Source of the DNA: Actinomycetes bacterium
Lineage (GTDB): Bacteria; Actinomycetota; Acidimicrobiia; Acidimicrobiales; Bog-793
Direction: 5' to 3'
NCBI GenBank assembly: GCA_021794645.1
Contig: JAJYQK010000101.1
Coordinates: 337-57,086, forward strand
Length of the DNA stretch: 56,750 bases
Part shown: positions 39,100 to 46,649 of the stretch, piece by piece
Layout: the number at the start of each line of letters is the position of its first letter
Position numbering within the stretch: position 1 is the stretch's first letter
Notes under the pieces: model-generated
The model's input: only the letters and a program-made list of their open reading frames with translations
What the model was told of the DNA's origin: nothing
Databases searched by the model: none
Position numbers and translations under genes: made by a program

Positions 39100-39580
39100 G
39101 GCTTGAGGTGTGAGCCAACAAAGCCGAAGCACCTACGTCATCACCGACCCTAGTCAGATCCTCGCCTCGCCGGGTGCCCTGAGAGACGTCCGCGTGCTGG
39201 AGCTCGCCCGGAGGGGCCGGTCGAGCCACGGTGTTGTTCGACGACCTTCGGTTGCGTGCGAGCCGGAAGGCGCACTCGAGGAGGTGACCATCCCAAGGGC
39301 TGGGCGGTGAGAGGGAGGGAGACGGTGTGATGGACGAGGCCAGTTCTCGCGAGTGACCAAGGTTCCCGTCAACTACAAGAGAACGAGGGCGTCGGTCGAC
39401 CCCTTCACGAGCTGGAAGGTGGCCAGGCAGACCGTGGCGGAACCGGCGCGCCCGGCGAGCACGGTGCGGATCCGCTCCGCCCGGTCGCAGGTGACGAACT
39501 CGAGCTTGCCCGCCCGCTCGGCGCCGAGGACGTCCAAGAAGGCCGACACGGTCGCCTTGCTGCGGCCCTCAGCCCCCCTG
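39100..39580 (-). pseudogene. ISL3-family transposase relic
   Basis: The minus-strand frame reads AEGRSKATVSAFLDVLGAERAGKLEFVTCDRAERIRTVLAGRAGSATVCLATFQLVKGSTDAL then a stop at 39373-39375. This matches the ISL3 transposase core as I recall it (GR..T...FF..LG.ER......V..D...W.........A..CLD.FHV). Downstream sequence keeps only frameshifted traces. The 5' part is missing. Confidence 0.5.
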
Positions 39581-41446
39581 GACCAGGTTCTGCTCGATCA
39601 CGCCACCGGAGGCGACGACCGTGCGCTGGTAGAGCACCTGCGAGGCCGCGCTGCCGTCCGAGCTGGCGTACGTCACCGTGCCGGTGGTGTCGCCGTTCTC
39701 GATGTTCGGCCCTCCCCCGGCCTGCAGGGCGCCGTAGCCGATGATGCTCTCCGAAAGGCTTGTCCGCCGAGTCGGGAGAAGCCCCCCCACCTGGGTGGCG
39801 ACATCGGTGAGCTGCTGGTTCACCGCGGCAGGCAGGAAGAAGCCGCCCGAGTCGGGGACGTAGCCGTTGGGCGCGTCGATGGTCCAGCTCGAGTCATCGG
39901 TTCGGTTGATGTCCGTGCCGGGGCCAGTGATGGTCTCCGAGGTGGCTTGGGTCTCCTCGCCGTGGACCCACTGGTAGCAGGGCCCGCTGCAGCTGTAGTC
40001 GATGTTCGACTGGTCGTTCTCGAACTGGAGGCGCTGGTCGAGCGTGTCGACGTAGGTCTGCCGCCCGACCGTGACAGTGCCTGCGATCTCGTAGGCCCTG
40101 CTCGCCGACTCCGTGAACACCGGGTTCCCGGAGCCGCCGTTGGCATCCTGCGTTACGACCTGCGAGCTGCCGGGGAACGAGAGCGTGTCGGTGAGGAGTC
40201 GGCCGCCCGTCGCGCCCTTCGCCGTGGTGAGCAGCAGGCTCCCCCCGCCGAGCCAATAGTTGGCGTTGTTCACGACCGTGAGGCTGATCGTGTGCGTGCC
40301 GCCAGCGAGCATCCCTGCGAAGGGGGTCAGGTCGAGGCGGTAGGAGGGGATGTCGAGGGTGTGGATCCCCGTGACCGGCTGCCAGATGAGCGGGTTGACG
40401 CCACCCGTGTAGACGTAAGGGAACGGCCACACCACGCCCGCAGGCGTGCCGTCGATCGAGACCTCGATCTCGCGGAACGCCGGTGACTCGGCCCACCAGA
40501 ACTCGTCGCCGATCTGACCGACCGCGTAGAGGTCGAGGGTGAGCGTGCTCGTGTCGCTCGGGAGGCTCACCGTTGCGGAGACGGTCGTGTTCTGAGAGTT
40601 GGTTCCGATCAGGCTGAGAGTTTTCGTCGCCCCCGTCGGAAGCAGCGGTACGACCTGGCTCGGCACGCCCGGCGCGACAGCCGGCGAGGCTGGTCCGGTC
40701 TCGTTGATCGCCGCCCCGCCAAGCGCCGGGTTGGTGATCGAGGCGGTGTGAACGGGCTGGAAGCCGCCGCCTGCGGGGTAGAAGAGCAGTTTGGCGGTGA
40801 TAACCGGAACCCCGGTATCGGTGCTGTTGGTGTAGTTGTCCACGTAGGTGGAAAAGGTCTGGCGCCCCTCGAGGAGCGGGAGGTACCCGGTCACGTCCTT
40901 CTCGATATGCCAGGTAATGCCAGCAGCGGTCGGCTCCGGCGTCACGCCGAGGAAGATCTCCGACGGCCCGGCGAAGATCTCGCACAGCCTGTCGTACTGC
41001 ACGCCCTGCTCCGTCCCGGTCACATCGAGCACCACCTCCGCCCAGCGGCCACTTGGGAGCGTGGTCGTGGTGACGGCGGGAGGCGGGCCGTTGCCGAAGG
41101 CAGCGTGGTCAGCGATCGTCACGACCACCGGGGTCGTGGGGGGGACCCGCACGGGCGGGTCAAGCGAGGTCGGGTTGTCGACCGTCGAGAACTCCGGCTG
41201 GTTCGACTGCGTCGCAGCGCCTCCGCCTGACACACCGCCCCCGCCAGAACCTCTGCTCCCTGTGGGAGCGCGCCCATCCCCCGGCACGTGAACCCGGTGC
41301 ACACCGGCCGGAGAGGCCAGCTCTCGCAACCGCGCCTGCCCTCCGGCGGCGGCCCCGGCGGCGAGGCTCGTCCCTCCCCCGACGAGCGCTACCACCGCCA
41401 ACCCCGCAACGACCCGTCCTCGTGCTCGTGACGCCCACGCGCTCAT
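39569..41446 (-). CDS. Secreted PNGase A-family protein (peptide-N4-(N-acetyl-beta-glucosaminyl)asparagine amidase A-like)
   Basis: DEFWWAESPAFREIEVSIDGTPAGVVWPFPYVYTGGVNPLIWQPVTGIHTLDIPSYRLDLTPFAGML closely parallels the plant/fungal PNGase A core (FREV.V.IDG..AG.VWPFPVI.TGGI.PL.W.P..G...FDLP.Y..ELTPF). Upstream GVQYDRLCEIFAGPSEIFLGVTPEPTAAGITWHIEKDVTGY also fits. Signal peptide MSAWASRARGRVVAGLAVVALVGG. Start at 41446 is preceded by GAGAGGGG; an alternative ATG is at 41515. Confidence 0.75.
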   Translation of the reverse strand: MSAWASRARGRVVAGLAVVALVGGGTSLAAGAAAGGQARLRELASPAGVHRVHVPGDGRAPTGSRGSGGGGVSGGGAATQSNQPEFSTVDNPTSLDPPVRVPPTTPVVVTIADHAAFGNGPPPAVTTTTLPSGRWAEVVLDVTGTEQGVQYDRLCEIFAGPSEIFLGVTPEPTAAGITWHIEKDVTGYLPLLEGRQTFSTYVDNYTNSTDTGVPVITAKLLFYPAGGGFQPVHTASITNPALGGAAINETGPASPAVAPGVPSQVVPLLPTGATKTLSLIGTNSQNTTVSATVSLPSDTSTLTLDLYAVGQIGDEFWWAESPAFREIEVSIDGTPAGVVWPFPYVYTGGVNPLIWQPVTGIHTLDIPSYRLDLTPFAGMLAGGTHTISLTVVNNANYWLGGGSLLLTTAKGATGGRLLTDTLSFPGSSQVVTQDANGGSGNPVFTESASRAYEIAGTVTVGRQTYVDTLDQRLQFENDQSNIDYSCSGPCYQWVHGEETQATSETITGPGTDINRTDDSSWTIDAPNGYVPDSGGFFLPAAVNQQLTDVATQVGGLLPTRRTSLSESIIGYGALQAGGGPNIENGDTTGTVTYASSDGSAASQVLYQRTVVASGGVIEQNLVQGG

Positions 41447-41639
41447 CGACGCCCCTCTCGCGCCCACCTGCCGAGATCCGACAGGGAACCTCTTTGCCAC
41501 TTTTACCACCGACATTGAGAGCCGGCAAGGGCCGGAGAACAGGCTAAAGCCCGGCAAGCTCAGGCCGGGGAACCGGGGTCGCAATCCGGTGCGCCGCCTG
41601 CCCGCGGGAGCGAGTTCTCCAAGATCTGCGCGATGTGGG

Positions 41640-41858
41640 GAACGGCTTCGCGTCGTCGGCCTCCCCCGAGGCCTGGCGGGACTTGAGGGCGTCATCGAGC
41701 ATGGTCATGCAGTAGAGGCAGGCCGTCGAGCCCACGTCCCTGCCGGTCTCGAGGGCCTGGCTGGTGCGCTCCGCGTTCGGCGTCCGGGTAGGTACAGCGA
41801 AGCTCGTCCCGCTATCGCAACCAGCGCACATCACCGAAGTGGCGGCGCAGGATTCCAA
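41640..41858 (-). pseudogene. Possible relic of a CCG-domain (Fe-S) oxidoreductase C-terminus
   Basis: The 104-aa ORF begins ...VMCAGCDSGTSFAV...ALETGRDVGSTACLYCMTMLDDALK. This is reminiscent of the C-terminal cysteine-rich domain of GlcF/LutA/HdrD-type proteins (CCG.GG ... GA..IVT.CP.C...L.D). It has no N-terminal part. Confidence 0.3.
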
Positions 41859-42091
41859 GGCCGTTCTGCGGGCCCAATCGTGCCCGACAAAGCAACGTGA
41901 GCCGTGAGCTCAAAGGTCGAGCCCCCTCCCTCGCCCTGGCTCTGATCACGCTCGACTCGCGCTGGTTGTCCCATCCACCACCGAGCGCCAACCCCCTGCC
42001 GCCGGGGGGGGTCCTGCGGGCGGCTGAGAGCACGCGAACTTCCTCGGCGTCTCGCGCTCGACAGGATGAAGGCAGAGAATTTTCTCCTCTG

Positions 42092-42119
42092 TTGCGCAGG
42101 GGGGGCAGCGATATACAGT
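42092..42119 (+). promoter_or_regulatory. Promoter candidate with G7 tract in the spacer
   Basis: TTGCGC (42092-42097), a 16-nt spacer containing GGGGGGG (42099-42105), then TACAGT (42114-42119, TAnnnT). It sits 37 nt upstream of the ATG at 42156, which has a GGGAGG RBS. Confidence 0.3.
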
Positions 42120-42155
42120 CGGCAGCAAGGTGTCACGACCGAGTGGGAGGCGGAG

Positions 42156-43400
42156 ATGATCCAGCCGAGCCAGACAGGAACCCGCTTTCTCTCGAGGTTG
42201 CCCGGGCGACGGGGCCGACGGCTCGCTACGGCGCTCTTGGCGGTGACCACGACACTCGGTGGCCTCGCCCTCCTCTCCCCGGGTGCTCCCCGGGCCGGTG
42301 CCTCCACCAGCCAATCCGGTTCGGGCGACTGCATCGCCCACCACTTCGCGTCGACGAGCAGCTACCCGATCTGGTACACGGCCGGTTGCAGCGGGCACGA
42401 CGAGCCTGAGCTCGACCCGGTCTCGAGCCTGCCCGGCTCGGCCCAGAACCTGACCTGGACCGCAGTGCTTCCGAGCGACGGCACCGTGCCGGTCTCGTCG
42501 GTCGGACCCACCTTCTGGTGGGGCGGCACGGTGACCGACCCGAACCCGCACGCCCTTTTCCACCAGGCCTTCGTCGAGGTGCAGTTCTACCCTGACGCCC
42601 TCGTCAACAACTGCAGCTCCGACGGCGGTTTCAACGTCAGCTACGTCCCGAACGACTTCACGGTCTGCTCACCGGTCTGGCAGGTGAGCACGCAGTCCAA
42701 TGCCGAGACGGCTGCCTTCAACGCCGAGCTCTACCAGGGTTCGAGCAAGCAGCCTCTCGTCATGCACGGCGGTGACACGATCCAGATCTACTTCCACGTC
42801 GTCTCGCCCTCGGAGGGGTGGAACGTCACGATCACCGACCTCACGACCGGCCAGTCGGGGACGATCGTTCTCAACAGCAAGTACGGGCCCCTCCTCCCGG
42901 CCTTCTCCACCCAACAGATCGGGAACTCCCTCGGTTGGGGCATCGTCCACGACACGCCCAACGCCTTCGTCTGGGAGATAGGTCACACCTCGCCGTTCAG
43001 TACCCCGGCCGCGCAGTACTGCGTGCCCGGCCAGGTGGGTTGCGACTCCTATGACGCCTCGCACTGGGCCGGCTTCTCCCCGCTCCAGATCAAGTCGGTC
43101 ACCTTCGCCGGCGGAGCCACGCCGAAGAGCTGGGCGGTCGTGAGCGACTTCGGTGGTACCGCCGAGGTGAACCAGTACTGCCCGAGCTACGGGGGCCCCT
43201 ACTGCATCTACCCGTGGTATTCCTGGAATTCCGCTGACAGCGCTTTCACCTATGGCATCGACTACCCCGGGACGAAGTTCGACTACGGGCAGGCCTCGCA
43301 ATTCGCCACCGCCCCCGACTGTGGCGGCCCCTTCGGTCCCGACACGACCTACTGCGATACCGTCTTGAAGCCGAGCCCCCCGGAAACTCCCGCTAGCTAA
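42156..43400 (+). CDS. Secreted Cys-rich protein of unknown function
   Basis: ATG at 42156 with a GGGAGG RBS. Arg-rich signal peptide RFLSRLPGRRGRRLATALLAVTTTLGGLALLSPGAPRAGA. The mature part has 10 Cys and a GCSGHDEPE motif. No family recognised. Confidence 0.7.
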   Translation: MIQPSQTGTRFLSRLPGRRGRRLATALLAVTTTLGGLALLSPGAPRAGASTSQSGSGDCIAHHFASTSSYPIWYTAGCSGHDEPELDPVSSLPGSAQNLTWTAVLPSDGTVPVSSVGPTFWWGGTVTDPNPHALFHQAFVEVQFYPDALVNNCSSDGGFNVSYVPNDFTVCSPVWQVSTQSNAETAAFNAELYQGSSKQPLVMHGGDTIQIYFHVVSPSEGWNVTITDLTTGQSGTIVLNSKYGPLLPAFSTQQIGNSLGWGIVHDTPNAFVWEIGHTSPFSTPAAQYCVPGQVGCDSYDASHWAGFSPLQIKSVTFAGGATPKSWAVVSDFGGTAEVNQYCPSYGGPYCIYPWYSWNSADSAFTYGIDYPGTKFDYGQASQFATAPDCGGPFGPDTTYCDTVLKPSPPETPAS

Positions 43401-43772
43401 CCCCTCCTCGGAGTCGGATCGGGCGCCGCCCGAGGCGGCGATGTGCGATCCTCCCGCCTTGTCTCGCGGTCCACCTGGGCGCTGCCGGCATCGAGAGAAG
43501 CGGCCTCGTCGGCGGTGGCCGGCGGTTGGTCTGCCAACAAGAGCTTGCCGGTCGACTACCGGACGTTGGCTGCGGCTCCCGCTCACCGTCGTGCCGCTAG
43601 CGCTGCTCGGCGCGACAGCGACCTCGCGGTTTGAGGCAAAGCCCGGCCGGGCAGGCATGCGCGAGCTGCAGCTGGCTCGGCGACATGCTGGTGAGTGCTG
43701 CACGACGGCTTTTTGCTGTCGCGGTCGGTGCTTGACCTATGTCACCGGGAGGTAGTCAACTGAGCGCTCGAC

Positions 43773-44594
43773 ATGGAAGGTGACGGCAACGCTGCCAAGG
43801 TGGCGGCGCAGCGACAGTCCGTCTGGGCAAGACGAACAACGAGTCTGGAGGTGTTCGCCGAGCGGATGCCCGCCTTTGCTGATGTCGAGCCGCAGACCGC
43901 CGACGCCCTCGGGGAGTACCTCGGCCTCAGGCGGGCGACGCTCTATCGGCGGTTCGGGCAGTCACCAGTTCGCGGAGCCTACGTGCTGGCGTGCTGCCAG
44001 CACCTCTACGCACCCTGGCGGGCCCTCCGGGTGTTTCAGGAGCACTCTGAGCAGTTCCCGGGCCTTTGGAGCAGCCGGCGCCGGGCCTTTCGGGCGCTCG
44101 CCTACGTCTTCATCGCCGCCATCGCCGCCCAGCGCCGTCTGTTCGAGCGCGGCCATCTCGCGGCTAGCTCCGGGGCGCTTTTGCGAGACGTCGATCTCAT
44201 CGCCATCATCGGTCGTGAGCGAGCCAAGCCAGCCCACACGACGCTCCAGCTCGACGAGGACGGCGTCGTCCCTCGCAGCTTTGAGTACATCCCGCTCCTG
44301 TGCGACGCGGCGGCTGGCTTCCTGTCGTTCATCGGCCTGCCCCGCAATCGGGCGCCCGAGATCGCTCGCCACATCGTCGAGGTCGGCGTCGAGGACCACG
44401 GGCCGAACATCATGGGGGCGGCGAACAGGGTGCTCTCCTGGGCGACGATGCTGATCGGGATCGCGGATGCGCCCAGCGCGGAAATCGAGGAGATGTGGCT
44501 CACGACCCAGCTGGCCGAGCGCCAGGCGCTTCGTGGCCCGGCCGAAGAGCTCTCCCACATGATCAGGCTCCTCCAGAGCGGGGGTGGCTGCTAG
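43773..44594 (+). CDS. Hypothetical protein with N-terminal HTH-like segment
   Basis: 273-aa ORF. ADALGEYLGLRRATLYRRFG resembles resolvase/Hin-type HTH motifs (LGVSRATLYRY). The remainder is unrecognised. No clear RBS. Confidence 0.5.
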   Translation: MEGDGNAAKVAAQRQSVWARRTTSLEVFAERMPAFADVEPQTADALGEYLGLRRATLYRRFGQSPVRGAYVLACCQHLYAPWRALRVFQEHSEQFPGLWSSRRRAFRALAYVFIAAIAAQRRLFERGHLAASSGALLRDVDLIAIIGRERAKPAHTTLQLDEDGVVPRSFEYIPLLCDAAAGFLSFIGLPRNRAPEIARHIVEVGVEDHGPNIMGAANRVLSWATMLIGIADAPSAEIEEMWLTTQLAERQALRGPAEELSHMIRLLQSGGGC

Positions 44595-45509
44595 GTGCTC
44601 GAGCCGGCCGTCGAGAGGGCCTTGGCCGAGCTGCTGCGGGGACTCGGAAGGAGAGCTCCTGATGCTGACCGCTTCGTCGCCTGGCGCTGGGGAGACCCGC
44701 CGTTTGCTGAGGACGTCTTCACCGACCCGGCCATCGCCCGGCGAGCTACGCGCCTGTATGTCTCTCGGATGGCATTGCACCGTCCGAGAGAGACCCTTTC
44801 CTTCGTCAAGTCCTGGCATGCCTCCCTGCTCGCTGCCGCCGAGCAACCGGGGCTCTCGCGAGATCTCCTGGTCTGTGGGGCTGCCTACAAGTGGGCCGGC
44901 GAGTTCGAAGAGTCCGTCTCGTGCCTGAGACAGGCCGTCGCAGTCGCCGAGACGGAGGCGGGGCGCCGCTCTGCCGCCATCTCACTTGCCAGCAGCCTCA
45001 GCTGGGCAGGCGAGCACGATGAGGCCGTCCAGGTGGCAGAAGATGCAGCCAAGGAGGTCATCGCCGCCTACGACGACGACCGCTCCCCGGCGCTGCTCGA
45101 GGCCGAACAGGTGCTGGCGAGCTGTCGCCTGGAGGCCGGCCAGGTCGACCTCGACCTCTGGGTCGACTTGAGAGAGCGGCGCTGGCGGGCCACCGGGCTT
45201 GCTGCGCCAGACACAGCCGTCGCCTTCTACGGAGTCGGTCGGTGCTGGCTCGAGACCGGGCATCTGCAAGCGGCATTGGCCTGTGCTGCGACTGCTGTCG
45301 CTATCCGAGATCAGTGCGTGCTGAGCGCATTCGACAGTGCCCGCATCGACTGGTTGCTCGCTGGTGCGGCGGAGCACGCTGAAGAGCTCCCCGACAAAGA
45401 CGAGCGGGCTTACTGGCAGGCCCGCGGCCGGGAGGCGGCGCGCCATGCCTCTTTCCTCCTGCTTGACGCCTGTGGTCCGGACCATCGGCTCGTGCGAGGC
45501 CGCCACTGA
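44595..45509 (+). CDS. Hypothetical helical-repeat (TPR-like) protein
   Basis: GTG immediately follows the upstream TAG. Repeated Ala/Leu-rich helix pairs (AAYKWAGEFEESVSCLRQAVAVAE, SLSWAGEHDEAVQVAEDAAK, GRCWLETGHLQAALACAATAVAI). Confidence 0.5.
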   Translation: MLEPAVERALAELLRGLGRRAPDADRFVAWRWGDPPFAEDVFTDPAIARRATRLYVSRMALHRPRETLSFVKSWHASLLAAAEQPGLSRDLLVCGAAYKWAGEFEESVSCLRQAVAVAETEAGRRSAAISLASSLSWAGEHDEAVQVAEDAAKEVIAAYDDDRSPALLEAEQVLASCRLEAGQVDLDLWVDLRERRWRATGLAAPDTAVAFYGVGRCWLETGHLQAALACAATAVAIRDQCVLSAFDSARIDWLLAGAAEHAEELPDKDERAYWQARGREAARHASFLLLDACGPDHRLVRGRH

Positions 45510-45687
45510 GGACGAGGGACGGCTCGTCAAGTCTGCAAATGAGACGTCTGCGCTCTTGTTGTTGCGTCGGCTGCCAACCACAATCAAGTCGTCGCCGCTG
45601 GCGGAGTAGGGGACATCTATGGGGCGACTGGGGAGAGCCGGGGGCAATGGACCCCTGCCCGCCAGTGGCGATTGCGCCCCGTAGCCT

Positions 45688-45719
45688 CTTGGTCACAGGC
45701 TCGATCCCGGCCGGGAGCA
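45688..45719 (+). repeat. Degenerate copy of the tRNA-Met 3' end (putative attR / tRNA remnant)
   Basis: cttggtcacaggctcgatcccggccgggagca compared with the tRNA sequence cttggtcgcaggttcgatccctgccgggccca (38995-39026) is 27 of 32 identical in the same orientation. gcgccccgtagc at 45674-45685 resembles the tRNA 5' end (gggcccgtagc). Confidence 0.55.
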
Positions 45720-45910
45720 CTGCCGGGGCCAAGACAGCACTGCCGGCCGGAGCCGGTCCTTTCCGGCCCATGGCAGCTCCGAGGTAGGCCGGCTCGACGA
45801 CCCGCTCGAGCGACGGCCAAGTGTCTGAACCGGTCCCGCAGGTACCCGGGAGGGCCCCCGGCCGCGGCGAACGCCGCCGCGAGGCGCTTTGCGCTGGCAC
45901 ACTGGCGGCC

Positions 45911-46648
45911 GTGAACAGGCACGTCGGTCCGGCGGCTCTCCCGGGAGAGGGCGAGGCCAGCCAGCACCGCCCAGGCATCCTCGTCGTCGACGACGAGCCC
46001 TCGATCGTCGACACGGTGGCGACGGTGCTCAGGTACGAAGGCTTCTCCGTCGACGAGGCGAGCGACGGCCGCCAAGCGCTCTCCCGTCTGCAAGAGAGCC
46101 ACTTCGATCTCGTCATCCTCGACGTCATGATGCCCGGACTGGACGGGCTGGAGGTGACCCGTCGCCTGCGGGCAGACGGCATCGAGGTGCCCGTCCTCTT
46201 CCTGACGGCCCGGGGAGAGACGGCCGATCTGGTCGCCGGCCTTGCCGCAGGCGGGGACGACTACATCGCCAAGCCGTTCTCCCTCGCCGAGCTGGTCGCT
46301 CGGGCCAAGGCCCTGCTGCGGCGGGCCGGGAGCACGAGCGGGGAGCGAAAGCTGCGCTTCGCAGATCTCACGATGGACGAGGAGAGCCACGAGGTGTGGC
46401 GGGGCGAGACACAGATCCAGCTGACAGCGACTGAGTTCAACCTCTTGCGTGTCTTCATGCTCAACCCGCGCCGGGTTCTCTCCAAGGCTCAGCTCATCGA
46501 CTACGTCTGGCACTACGACTTCGGCGGCAACCAGAACATCGTCGAGACCTACGTGCGCTACCTGCGCCGCAAGCTCGATCCACTCGGCCCTCCCCTGATC
46601 CACACCATCCGGCTCGTGGGATACGTCCTGCGGGAGCCGGACGCCTAG
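45911..46648 (+). CDS. OmpR-family response regulator
   Basis: Receiver domain (ILVVDDEPS...LVILDVMMPGLDG...LFLTAR...DDYIAKPF) and a winged-helix output domain (...LTATEFNLLRVFM...VETYVRYLRRKL...IRLVGYVL). Start is GTG at 45911, or at 45821. Confidence 0.85.
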   Translation: MNRHVGPAALPGEGEASQHRPGILVVDDEPSIVDTVATVLRYEGFSVDEASDGRQALSRLQESHFDLVILDVMMPGLDGLEVTRRLRADGIEVPVLFLTARGETADLVAGLAAGGDDYIAKPFSLAELVARAKALLRRAGSTSGERKLRFADLTMDEESHEVWRGETQIQLTATEFNLLRVFMLNPRRVLSKAQLIDYVWHYDFGGNQNIVETYVRYLRRKLDPLGPPLIHTIRLVGYVLREPDA

Positions 46649-46649
46649 C

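Larger units (their letters stand above)
38995..45719. mobile_element. Decayed tRNA-Met-associated genomic island (~6.7 kb), no integrase retained
   Basis: Bounded by a 32-nt imperfect direct repeat of the tRNA 3' end (38995-39026 vs 45688-45719, 27 of 32 identical). It contains a transposase relic, a second gene relic, and four genes of accessory or unknown function. Confidence 0.55.

Noticed and set aside
39353-40985. ORFs at 39353..40486 (+) and 39894..40985 (-) overlapping the PNGase-like gene
   Set aside because: These are alternative or antisense frames of a gene with a strong family signature, and their translations are Arg/Pro-rich.
41831-42563. 167-aa and 205-aa minus-strand ORFs and the 170-aa plus-strand ORF in and around the PNGase / secreted-protein intergenic region
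   Set aside because: They have Arg/Pro/Gly-rich shadow composition, overlap each other and the start of the 42156 gene, and show no motifs.
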